A DNA stretch of 64,000 nt, taken from a virus (lineage: Duplodnaviria > Caudoviricetes). Location: IMG/VR virus record IMGVR_UViG_3300021399_000122, positions 32,001 through 96,000 of that record; one strand, 5' to 3'. Positions 55,947 through 64,000 of this stretch are shown in pieces (the stretch's first letter is position 1; each line of letters begins with the position of its first letter). The notes under the pieces are model-generated. The model did no database searches, was not told the origin of the DNA, and was given only the letters and a program-made list of their open reading frames with translations. The position numbers and the translations under genes are program-made.

Positions 55947-56333
55947 TCAGAACGGCAGATTTGAATCGTCAATTTCCGCCAGTGGCTCAGTTTTTTCTTC
56001 AGCCGGGGCTGTGTGCTCGGTGTGGCTATTGTCGCCTGCGTCATCAGCCATTTCGAAAGAGAAAATCTTGAAGTTTGTGTACATTTCTCTCTTTTCCTTA
56101 TCGTATTTTGTAGAGACGTCAACGTCACCGAGCTTAATACGATCTCTTTCTTTTAATTCGAGAGCCCTCTTCGCTGCACTAGAGCCGATAAATGCAACGA
56201 ATGCCCCGAAATCCTGTACGTATTTATCTGTTTTCGGATCTTTTCTGCTGATTGAAATCTGTGCCTTGGTCAGTGTCTGTGAAATTCCTTCGACACTCCA
56301 AACGGTTGCGTATGCGCCTTTTCTAAAACCCAT
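55947..56333 (-). CDS. ssb: Single-stranded DNA-binding protein
   Basis: OB-fold-sized protein with acidic tail ending DDSNLPF. Confidence 0.75.
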   Translation of the reverse strand: MGFRKGAYATVWSVEGISQTLTKAQISISRKDPKTDKYVQDFGAFVAFIGSSAAKRALELKERDRIKLGDVDVSTKYDKEKREMYTNFKIFSFEMADDAGDNSHTEHTAPAEEKTEPLAEIDDSNLPF

Positions 56334-56335
56334 CT

Positions 56336-57103
56336 TTATTCCCCTTTCTTTTTTGTTGCCTTAACCTGCTCGCCATTACCTTCAGACGGCTCTTCGCTAG
56401 GCTTTTCATTAAGATAAACCGCCTTGAAGTCGTTCAGAATGCGAGCCGCAGTCTTAGAATCCTTGATCTTGTTATAGTCAGAATTCTTTACGTACTTACC
56501 ACAGAAGTCTTTGATCTCTTCCTTCTTATCACCATTGTTGGCGAGGAAATCCTTAATGAGATCATCAAACTCTTTGATCAGCGCCTCAGCAATTGCCTTG
56601 TCTTCCTGCGCCTCAGCTTCTTTCTGCTTGCTGCGGTAGGCATCGACATCATTGTCGACCGTGGCAATCTGGAAGTAGTCAATCAGGAAGTACCTTGTGC
56701 AATACGTCAGCGCAGAACCGAACGCCTGCGACGGATCGCCCTGCGAACCAACGAGATGCCACGGCACGAGGATCGTTTCGTCGAGGTTATCATCGTTGAT
56801 CCACTGGAATTCCATCTCGGCATCGATGAGAACTTCATACGTTACGTCTGTGTACTGGGTGCCGTCTTTAGCGAACTTCACCTTTTCGTTGCGGAGCTGC
56901 TCATATTTAAATGAGCCCGGCACAATCTTTGGGATCAGTGACACATGGTATTTTTTCATACCAGCGGTGATACCAGCCAATACAGAAGCAATGTCGGCAT
57001 ACGTGTATCCGTAACCTTTTTTGTCTTTTCCGACCACACCGGACATGCTTCTGACCATGGCAAGTTTCTGAACCAAGTTGAGTTTTGTAACATCTTCACT
57101 CAT
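56336..57103 (-). CDS. ERF-family single-strand annealing protein
   Basis: KKGYGYTYA...QAFGSALTYCTRYFL...D.D signature. Confidence 0.88.
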   Translation of the reverse strand: MSEDVTKLNLVQKLAMVRSMSGVVGKDKKGYGYTYADIASVLAGITAGMKKYHVSLIPKIVPGSFKYEQLRNEKVKFAKDGTQYTDVTYEVLIDAEMEFQWINDDNLDETILVPWHLVGSQGDPSQAFGSALTYCTRYFLIDYFQIATVDNDVDAYRSKQKEAEAQEDKAIAEALIKEFDDLIKDFLANNGDKKEEIKDFCGKYVKNSDYNKIKDSKTAARILNDFKAVYLNEKPSEEPSEGNGEQVKATKKKGE

Positions 57104-57136
57104 AAGTCTTAATCTTTACCATCCTTTCACATAACT

Positions 57137-57179
57137 TGGCGGAGACTGACGGAGTCGAACCGTCATAAACCCTTTCTCC
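57137..57179 (-). pseudogene. tRNA fragment / minihelix (T arm plus acceptor 3' strand plus CCA)
   Basis: GGAGA...GACGG-TTCGACT-CCGTC-AGTCTCC-G-CCA; no D or anticodon arm. Confidence 0.6.
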
Positions 57180-57240
57180 ATTATATTCGTTTCTATCTTT
57201 TTATATGTAATCGATAGCCCGCTTTTGACGGGCATCGTTT

Positions 57241-58239
57241 TTATTCCCAGAAGACCGACTTCCAGGTTTTGTAGTCGTGAAGGAGTGTGCTTGCTGTGGA
57301 TGCGATCCTCACATATTCGCTCCGATTGGTTGTATACGAAGCGTTCTCGTCAATGTCAATCTGCGCTTTGTAAGCGATCGTCGATGCGGCATATGACCTG
57401 AAGTTTGGCTCAATCCCGGTCTCGAGTTCTTTGCGATAGGCCTCAAAGAATAACCCAGACATTTGAACTGATTGCCACTTCAGCCGAGGGATTTCCGGGA
57501 ATTTCTTCAAAGCCCTGGTCATAACCCTTGCCGTTCCGGCTTGTAGCGTTGGTAACTCAATTTCAGAAATTGTCCTGAGCAGCTGTGAACCTGCCGCTCT
57601 TGGGGTAGTAATGTCGTACTTGCCAGCCCTGAGGGTGTGTATCATACGCATATTTACTGCGGCTTCGAAATCTGATTTCGCCAACTCGTAGATTGGATAC
57701 ACCCGCCCTTTGTGACGGACTACCATTTCCGTTAGATCGACATCCTCTGCGAGGACGTCACAGACATCTCTGGATTCCATCCCGGCATAAGCGAGCCACC
57801 AATAAACCCTTCTGGTTCTGTTTGCACCCATGTAGTCAAGTGGTTCGCCCATTGCGACACTTATTTTGTCTAAAACTTCGTTTAAGTGCTGCGGATTTTT
57901 TAAGTGAAGCCCTTTGAACGACTCCTTATTGATTAAACCCTGATCGGTGCGATCTCTTTTGTTTAATAAATCATGATTGACTTTGATGGATGGTTCGTTT
58001 TGAATGACCCACCGAACATACATTCGTATATCGGAGGCCCGGGACGCTGCCGTTCTGGTCGTTCTCCCGCCCCTAACGGATATTAACTCCCAAAATTCCT
58101 CCACTGTGAACTCCGAGATGTCTTTATGCTTTTCGGTTTCAAACTCGGCGATGCTTTCAAAGAACACCTCACGTTTACGCCGACCATCATTATCGGGCAA
58201 AGACTCCAAAAACTTTCTTTTGACTTTGTCGTTATACAT
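57241..58239 (-). CDS. MrpR-like repressor (degenerate tyrosine recombinase fold)
   Basis: MYN...K..FL...FE....KDISEF, WLAYAG, SVQMSG.F; lacks the R...HxxR...Y catalytic set. Confidence 0.6.
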   Translation of the reverse strand: MYNDKVKRKFLESLPDNDGRRKREVFFESIAEFETEKHKDISEFTVEEFWELISVRGGRTTRTAASRASDIRMYVRWVIQNEPSIKVNHDLLNKRDRTDQGLINKESFKGLHLKNPQHLNEVLDKISVAMGEPLDYMGANRTRRVYWWLAYAGMESRDVCDVLAEDVDLTEMVVRHKGRVYPIYELAKSDFEAAVNMRMIHTLRAGKYDITTPRAAGSQLLRTISEIELPTLQAGTARVMTRALKKFPEIPRLKWQSVQMSGLFFEAYRKELETGIEPNFRSYAASTIAYKAQIDIDENASYTTNRSEYVRIASTASTLLHDYKTWKSVFWE

Positions 58240-58265
58240 AATATCCCTCTTTCCATAATTATGTA

Positions 58266-58775
58266 TTACGCAACTTGCGTTGCGTCAAGGGATACCGCTC
58301 GATTTCTTACGTCAATTAATTTCTCCTCCGTTATTCTTGAGATCGCTCCTGTTGCCAAAAGATATGCAACAGAGACCTCCTCCATTTGTTGCGGTTTGAT
58401 AGTCGTCAGGTACTTGATCAGTTTTTTCTTCGAAACGCATACCGGATTTTCACATAAAACCATACTGTCATGTTGCAATCCCGCCTCCCCGGCGTTGAGG
58501 ATTACGTGTGTTGGCTGGTTGGTTTTCTTAAGCGAAGTTGTCAGCGGTAGCACGATTACATTAGGGCTATACTGATTACCCTTGTTGTTCGAGATAATGA
58601 GCGCAGGCCTTACCCCGCTCTGTTCCTGATCGGTTCCGTCGAATCTAAGAAGGTAGATATCGCCGAGGCTCGGTATTTTACTTGGTTCTGTATTTAAGTT
58701 CGTTTCTATCCTTTCCTTCTTTGTGATTAAATTTTTAGCACATTCCTTTGCCTCCGTCAATATATCGTGACGCAT
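58266..58775 (-). CDS. PemK/MazF-family endoribonuclease
   Basis: GDIY...EQSGVRPALIISNN.GN..SP.VIVLPLTT...H...DSMVLCE. Confidence 0.88.
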   Translation of the reverse strand: MRHDILTEAKECAKNLITKKERIETNLNTEPSKIPSLGDIYLLRFDGTDQEQSGVRPALIISNNKGNQYSPNVIVLPLTTSLKKTNQPTHVILNAGEAGLQHDSMVLCENPVCVSKKKLIKYLTTIKPQQMEEVSVAYLLATGAISRITEEKLIDVRNRAVSLDATQVA

Positions 58776-59076
58776 TTTCTTTGTTTACCCAGTAGACAGT
58801 TTCAGAGTATTCATTTCCGACCTCGTCGGTGCAGATGATTTCAAACTTCATTTTCCCGTCCTCCTTCTTTGTTGGGATTATATTTTTAACGTTATCGAAC
58901 TGTATCGATACAGATCGACCCTTTAAAACCAGCGTTGCCGGTATGTAAAAAACCATGGCCTGTGTAAAAGCCGTGGTTATATCGAAGCTATATTCAAGCT
59001 TGCTAGAGCCAGCATCGTATACGGCAACGCCATCGCAATGCTGATTGATGTAGTTTTTAAATTCTGTTAAATCCAT
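58735..59076 (-). CDS. Hypothetical protein
   Basis: SD GGAGG; in operon. Confidence 0.7.
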   Translation of the reverse strand: MDLTEFKNYINQHCDGVAVYDAGSSKLEYSFDITTAFTQAMVFYIPATLVLKGRSVSIQFDNVKNIIPTKKEDGKMKFEIICTDEVGNEYSETVYWVNKENASRYIDGGKGMC

Positions 59077-59109
59077 TGTTGTTCCTCCCTCCGAACGCCG
59101 TCAGCAATA

Positions 59110-59340
59110 CTACTCCGCCGCTTCATTCAAAAGATCAATTACATCCTGAATCCCTTGCGCGGCGTCATCCAATTTATCAACCGCGTTTTCCATCTTCTCA
59201 TAACGATCAGAGTATTCAAGATTCTCGGGCATATTATAAAGGCAATCCTGTTCTTCGCTTCTTGCGTTGTCGATTAATGAAAAAGCCGTTTCCAAAATCG
59301 AAACGGCTCTGTAAATCTTGTTTCTTCTTTTGTCGTTCAT
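59110..59340 (-). CDS. Conserved helical hypothetical protein
   Basis: MN..RR...EEQ....NMPENL..S.R...ME. Confidence 0.8.
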   Translation of the reverse strand: MNDKRRNKIYRAVSILETAFSLIDNARSEEQDCLYNMPENLEYSDRYEKMENAVDKLDDAAQGIQDVIDLLNEAAE

Positions 59341-59348
59341 TACCCCTC

Positions 59349-59699
59349 CTAGTTAGCAATTAAAACCCATATACCTGGTATTGATATCGTCCATTTTGTT
59401 CTCGCCTCTTCGGTCGCTTCAAAGCTGAGCCCGGTGGCCCGCATAATAACATCACAAACGAATGACGAATCAGCCACGGTCTCTTCTACATAGAAACTTT
59501 CCATAGTTATTATAAAGCCCATGTTGTCCTTGTCGAAGTCAACATCAATATTCTCCACGTCCCAATTTTTTATGAAATCTTCTATTGCTAGGATGGTGTC
59601 GACAAATTCCTCGCGGAGACCAAGGTCAACCGCATATACGCCATCGTATTTATCAGTTACGTTATTGGCGATACTAGTAATCAGCGCTTTAAAATCCAT
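59349..59699 (-). CDS. Acidic hypothetical protein
   Basis: SD AGGAG; starts just after the upstream stop. Confidence 0.7.
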   Translation of the reverse strand: MDFKALITSIANNVTDKYDGVYAVDLGLREEFVDTILAIEDFIKNWDVENIDVDFDKDNMGFIITMESFYVEETVADSSFVCDVIMRATGLSFEATEEARTKWTISIPGIWVLIAN

Positions 59700-59700
59700 A

Positions 59701-60114
59701 TTAATTCTTACTCCTGTCGGTCGATCTTGTGGCCATATCAAAGAACGTTAAATTAATATCCACAAATCCGTCCGTTCTCGCCTCAACCTCAAGCGAGTCG
59801 GAAAGAGAGATGGCGTATTTAAAAGCCGTCATGTCTTTCACACTAACAGGTTTTGTCCTCAAGCCAATTGTACCGACACGGCCCTGTCTGGTTATCATGG
59901 GTTTGAGTGTGCAATTCCTTCCGCCAACCGGAAATGCTATTGCCATTAGGTCGCAAGCAATATTAAATTTGTTGTGTTGTGATTCATTCTTTTCGTAGCT
60001 CTCGGGCTTTCCGGGCTTAGCGTTTGCAGCCGCATACATAAGCGCCTTTATTATCGGATCATTTTCAAACGCCGCATCATAATCTTCTTCTAGATTAATT
60101 TTATACTTTTCCAT
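59701..60114 (-). CDS. Hypothetical protein
   Basis: SD GAGGA; follows iscS. Confidence 0.7.
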   Translation of the reverse strand: MEKYKINLEEDYDAAFENDPIIKALMYAAANAKPGKPESYEKNESQHNKFNIACDLMAIAFPVGGRNCTLKPMITRQGRVGTIGLRTKPVSVKDMTAFKYAISLSDSLEVEARTDGFVDINLTFFDMATRSTDRSKN

Positions 60115-60115
60115 A

Positions 60116-61228
60116 TCATCCTCTTATCGTTTTAACACATGCCGCGATGTTGGTCGCTGCCGTTTCCACATCACTGGCTGTATTCATACTTGAGAAAGAA
60201 ACCCTGATCGAACTCATCGCCTCTTCATCAGATAAGCCCATAGCCTTCAAAACCCTGCTTGGTTTTGTCTCACCGGCATGGCATGCTGACCCGGCAGATA
60301 CGCAGATTCCCCTAGACGAAAGCATTAAAATTAACGTTTCAGCATCAACACCACGGAATGTAAGGTTTAAGATCTTTGGGTTAGGCTTCCCATTAATTTG
60401 AATTATATCATAAACCTCCGCTCCAAAGTACTTTACACATTCTTCATACAGCTTTGATTTGAACATGTTGGAAAGTTTCGGATCAACTTTGGCTTCTGCA
60501 ATATGGTTACAAGCCTCCCCAAATCCAATGATACCGAGTACATTCTTTGTTCCCGGCCTTACCCCGCCGCCCTGTGTTGGCGAACCCGCCAGCAGCGGAA
60601 CGATCGTTGACTTATCTTTGACATAGATAGCGCCAACTCCTTGCGGGCCGTGTACTTTGTGCGACGAGATCGTCAAGAAATCCACATTAAGCTCTTTGAC
60701 ATTGATTGGATATTGTCCGAAGGCCTGGACATAATCGATGTGTGCTAATGCTTTTTTTGAATGCGCCATTTTAACGACCCTTGAAATATCATTAGCCGTT
60801 CCGACCTCATTGTTGACGGCCATTATCGAAACTAAGCCAGTGCCAAAACCAATCGCATCATTAAGTTCATCGTAGTTAAGTTCCCCACCCCTATCAACAG
60901 ATATAAACTTGTGTGGTTTCCTTATATTGACCGCTTCATAAACTGATGAGTGCTCAACTGAAGATGTGACAATTCCGCGACTGTCAAAGCCATTGATTAC
61001 AGTGGTGTTACCCTCAGTGCCACCAGATGTAAAATAGATACATTCGGGGTCTGCGCCAATTGCGTCAGCCACCTGCCTTCTTGCATTCTCTACCATGTTT
61101 GAAAGCGGAAACCCAACACAATGCCTTGAATCTGGATTACCATAAAGCCCCGCATCAAGATAATACTTCATAACGCTTATTACGTCATCAGACATTTTTG
61201 TCGACGCTGCGTTGTCAAGATAAATCAT
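60116..61228 (-). CDS. iscS: Cysteine desulfurase (IscS/NifS group I)
   Basis: IYLDNAAST, GNPDS, FTSGGTE, EH, NNEVG, D.VQ, SSHK (PLP Lys), SAGSAC (catalytic Cys). Confidence 0.93.
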   Translation of the reverse strand: MIYLDNAASTKMSDDVISVMKYYLDAGLYGNPDSRHCVGFPLSNMVENARRQVADAIGADPECIYFTSGGTEGNTTVINGFDSRGIVTSSVEHSSVYEAVNIRKPHKFISVDRGGELNYDELNDAIGFGTGLVSIMAVNNEVGTANDISRVVKMAHSKKALAHIDYVQAFGQYPINVKELNVDFLTISSHKVHGPQGVGAIYVKDKSTIVPLLAGSPTQGGGVRPGTKNVLGIIGFGEACNHIAEAKVDPKLSNMFKSKLYEECVKYFGAEVYDIIQINGKPNPKILNLTFRGVDAETLILMLSSRGICVSAGSACHAGETKPSRVLKAMGLSDEEAMSSIRVSFSSMNTASDVETAATNIAACVKTIRG

Positions 61229-61437
61229 TATGAATCGCCCTCCTCGTTTGCCCGTTTTGTATATTCCGATATGAGTTCTGCCTTTAGCTTTTCTTTCAGG
61301 CGCTCGCGCTCCCGCGCTTCTTCTTCGTCTACACGGTTCATAGCATTAACCACTGACCACCCGTCGTGTTCCAGCAATTGGCATATTCTACCTTTGTACA
61401 GAATGGCATGGTCGCCAATATATTCAAACTGAGACAT
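61228..61437 (-). CDS. Hypothetical protein
   Basis: Overlap-coupled on both sides. Confidence 0.65.
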   Translation of the reverse strand: MSQFEYIGDHAILYKGRICQLLEHDGWSVVNAMNRVDEEEARERERLKEKLKAELISEYTKRANEEGDS

Positions 61438-61993
61438 CCTCTATCCTCGCGTAAATATCACAATACACAGAGTCGACTGCGTCATCGATCTTCTCGATAA
61501 ACCAAGGCTTGTCAACTACCTCTCTGTAGTAGTATGGCCAATTCCCACCGCCAATTTTTGCATGAATATATAACACATCGCTCCTTCCGGCGTACTTGTT
61601 CCAAACCTCCCACTGGCGTTTGTAACGTACTAGGTCGTTGTGAATTGCGGTTTTAAGCAATTTTTTCCTTCTGCCGTGAATCCGATCCCATCTGACAGTA
61701 CTGTTTTCGTCACACCAATCACCATTGATGTATCGCGCAATATTCTTATTAGTACCTGGGCAATAGTCTGAAAACCAATTGTTATAAACCCACCTGCTTC
61801 TAATCAATTCGCACAAGCAGCCCACCTCAAGTGATCGCATATGCTCTTTCTTCCATTTGTCAAAGTCAATCGGCTCTTCGTCCTTCATTAATCTATAGCC
61901 TCGTAACCTTGGGCAGTCGATCCCATTTCGCTGTGCGATCTCGCTCAGCTCTTCAATTTGTCCGTAAGCTCCTAAATCCATATCATCCTCCAT
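61424..61993 (-). CDS. Conserved hypothetical phage protein
   Basis: MDLGAY...PRLRG.RLM...IHA.IGG.NW...DD..D..YCDIYA.I. Confidence 0.8.
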   Translation of the reverse strand: MEDDMDLGAYGQIEELSEIAQRNGIDCPRLRGYRLMKDEEPIDFDKWKKEHMRSLEVGCLCELIRSRWVYNNWFSDYCPGTNKNIARYINGDWCDENSTVRWDRIHGRRKKLLKTAIHNDLVRYKRQWEVWNKYAGRSDVLYIHAKIGGGNWPYYYREVVDKPWFIEKIDDAVDSVYCDIYARIEDVSV

Positions 61994-62166
61994 TAATTTG
62001 AACTTGCCTTCTCGTAAAGCCAGTCAAGGAATTCCTGTCTTGGCACAACGATAACCTCGTCGTCTGGCATAAGCCCTGTGATGACACACGTATCGTCAGG
62101 AAGCGGCACTTGTTTTGCAGTATTCGGACTGCAGAATGCAACGACAATTTCATCATCTCTGATCAT
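61993..62166 (-). CDS. Small hypothetical protein
   Basis: SD GAGGA before ATG 62166; TAATG coupling downstream. Confidence 0.55.
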   Translation of the reverse strand: MIRDDEIVVAFCSPNTAKQVPLPDDTCVITGLMPDDEVIVVPRQEFLDWLYEKASSN

Positions 62167-62167
62167 A

Positions 62168-62446
62168 TTATTCCTCTCGGAAGACTTTCCTAAACTCAAC
62201 ATCGCCAGCAATCAATGCCGCCTTGTTGATACACTCCTTATATTCCTTGCCACGGTTGTTATAAAACTCAGCTTTTATAAGCACAAAACGGGGGTATTCT
62301 TTGACGACAACCACCCTGTCTGGCTTGTGCGGGCCGATACCGCTGACTGATTCATTGAACACAAAACCCCTTGTGCAAATCAGTTCATCGCCTTCCTTGA
62401 GACCAAGATTAATCTCGGCGTCAATGGGCTTTCCTCTTTGAAACAT
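62168..62446 (-). CDS. Hypothetical protein
   Basis: SD AAGGAGG; VV..YP.FV...Y.ECIN. Confidence 0.7.
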   Translation of the reverse strand: MFQRGKPIDAEINLGLKEGDELICTRGFVFNESVSGIGPHKPDRVVVVKEYPRFVLIKAEFYNNRGKEYKECINKAALIAGDVEFRKVFREE

Positions 62447-62457
62447 TAAAATCCTCC

Positions 62458-63351
62458 TTAGTTATATACTGACGGTCGTTCAGGCTCTGACTGTTGTGCC
62501 ACAGGAGCTGCAGGGAGCGTGAATGAATACTTCTGTGGAGCAACTTCCGGTTCGTTGTCCATAACGTCCGGCGAGTCGTACTCTTCCAGCGAGCTGTCGA
62601 CCAGATAGTTCTCTGTCTCTGAACCAAGATTCAACTTCTTATAAGCCTCCTCAATTTCCTCACCCGTAATACCGATGTAATCCAACGTCTGTGCTGGCGA
62701 AGAATGATTCAACATCTTCTGAAGAAGCAGAAGTTTTCTTGTGTCGTTGTTGCTCATCACCATCTGGTGGTAACAGAATGTTTTTCTTAGCGTGTGGGTA
62801 GACACCTTGGCTGTAATTCCAAGCTCGTTCGCAATGTCGCCCAGTATTCTGTTTACAGACCGGATAGTGATTGGTTTACCCGAGTTCTTACCACGGTTTC
62901 CTTCGCATCTGAACATGTAATCGCTGAGGGAAACCCCGGGAGTGTGTTCGAGGTACAATGTGACCGCTTCGACGACTGCGTTATTAATCGTCACATAACG
63001 GTTCTTCTTTCTTTTCCTTGTGTTCCTCGTCTTCTTTTCGAAAACCGGGAACGCATCTTTAAATGTCAGGTTATCATTGATCAGGTTTGAAAACCTCAGG
63101 ACAACAAGGTCGCTGATTCTTAACCCGAAGTTAATTCCAACAATGAACAGCATGTTGTCCCGATATCTGCCTTTGGAGATCAGGAATTTAGAAATCCTGT
63201 TAATGTCATGCAAGCTTTTGATTGGCTCCGCTGCATGCTCTGGAGCCAACTCACAATGCGTCACCTCTTTCGCCGGCGCAATCATGCCGGCATCAAGTTT
63301 TCTCGCCCTGTTTTCTTTCAAAACCCTGACGTTGATTGTTGACTCACCCAT
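62458..63351 (-). CDS. Tyrosine recombinase (short, Xer-like)
   Basis: GINFGLRISDL, EKKT, STHTLRKTF, LNHSS, TLDYIG: full R-K-H-R-H-Y set; no arm-binding domain. Confidence 0.92.
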   Translation of the reverse strand: MGESTINVRVLKENRARKLDAGMIAPAKEVTHCELAPEHAAEPIKSLHDINRISKFLISKGRYRDNMLFIVGINFGLRISDLVVLRFSNLINDNLTFKDAFPVFEKKTRNTRKRKKNRYVTINNAVVEAVTLYLEHTPGVSLSDYMFRCEGNRGKNSGKPITIRSVNRILGDIANELGITAKVSTHTLRKTFCYHQMVMSNNDTRKLLLLQKMLNHSSPAQTLDYIGITGEEIEEAYKKLNLGSETENYLVDSSLEEYDSPDVMDNEPEVAPQKYSFTLPAAPVAQQSEPERPSVYN

Positions 63352-63361
63352 ATTCCCCTCC

Positions 63362-63742
63362 TTACTCTTCTTTGAGTATATTCATTCTCGTTTCAATCCC
63401 TTCAAAGTACATCTCAATAGTACCCTCTTTCACGTTTGCGTCAAGGGTTTCGTCTTCAAAACCCTCAAGGTCGATATAGAACTCGTTGAACACAACCGGA
63501 TACTGTGACATCAATTCATACTGGAGAAGGTCGGTGTTGGCAAATGCCGTGTCGTCGAGGTCGCGCACTTCGCAATGAACGACATACGGATCATTGTCAT
63601 CCAGCCACTGAATAGATGTGAAGAAATCAAACTGTACGACGTTGTCTCCGAAAGCAACCTCATAGCCACCTGGCGAAGCGAGTGTCTCTGAAATAGGTTT
63701 GTTGAAGACAAGATCAAAAGTCATAGCTCTGAGTTTAGACAT
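63362..63742 (-). CDS. Acidic hypothetical protein
   Basis: SD AAGGAG; 126-aa ORF. Confidence 0.75.
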   Translation of the reverse strand: MSKLRAMTFDLVFNKPISETLASPGGYEVAFGDNVVQFDFFTSIQWLDDNDPYVVHCEVRDLDDTAFANTDLLQYELMSQYPVVFNEFYIDLEGFEDETLDANVKEGTIEMYFEGIETRMNILKEE

Positions 63743-63768
63743 ATTGTATTTTCTCCTTCCAATTTAAA

Positions 63769-63789
63769 AGCCCGCCTTAACAGCGGGCT
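63769..63789 (-). terminator. Rho-independent terminator
   Basis: AGCCCGC / GCGGGCT stem followed by TTT on the minus strand. Confidence 0.6.
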
Positions 63790-63790
63790 C

Positions 63791-64000
63791 TTATTTCCAT
63801 TTGTAATTCGGCGAATCAAATAAGTGATAAACAAACTTTGAAGGTTTCATATAGGCAAGACGCCCATCCCCGATTTGCTCGAGGTGGACATCAAGTCCTT
63901 TTTGATTCCAGTAATATTCAATCCTTCGGCATATTCTACGATTAACCAGTTCTTCTACCCCATAATTCAGCCTCAGTTCGTCCTTCCATTCGGGGATGGC
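63791..64000 (-). CDS. Partial CDS (3' end), hypothetical
   Basis: Open frame from the window edge (AIPEWKDELR...) to TAA 63791-63793. Confidence 0.65.
   Translation of the reverse strand, partial: AIPEWKDELRLNYGVEELVNRRICRRIEYYWNQKGLDVHLEQIGDGRLAYMKPSKFVYHLFDSPNYKWK

Noticed and set aside
1-64000. Stop-codon reassignment
   Set aside because: Long genes are intact under the standard code, all three stops are used and no suppressor tRNA is present.

Overview
A 64-kb internal segment of a large temperate siphovirus-like phage of a Bacillota (Firmicutes) host, with a gene content reminiscent of SPbeta-type phages. The window has two convergent arms that meet at a bidirectional terminator near 34165. 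The + arm (1-34143) carries accessory genes (metallophosphoesterase, BspA-type LRR protein, CBM5/12 protein), a conserved 5-gene module of unknown function, RusA, a 2489-aa tape measure protein, distal tail/baseplate/fibre genes including a run of NlpC/P60 and beta-propeller paralogues, a CHAP endolysin with holin-like genes, tRNA-Gln and a tandem-duplicated cytosine methyltransferase. The - arm (34186-64000) carries many small early genes, a Tn916-type integrase with an apparently intact attP, a distant excisionase, nucleotide-metabolism genes (dut, nrdG, phoH, dNMP kinase, ThyX-like), ClpP-like, DnaE, primase, helicase, PD-(D/E)XK nuclease, SSB, ERF, an MrpR-like inactive recombinase, an orphan MazF/PemK, IscS and a second intact tyrosine recombinase. 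The most notable unexplained pattern is a quasi-palindromic 14-bp element, (T/A)AAA-GGAAAC-(T/A)TTA, sitting exactly at gene boundaries in two accessory arrays (1253-3393 on +, 35153-36235 on -). It delimits single genes, a 37-aa mini-gene and a highly structured non-coding segment, suggesting an integron-like gene-cassette system. Several unusual structured RNA candidates are also present. All product calls come from motif recognition by eye; no searches were run.
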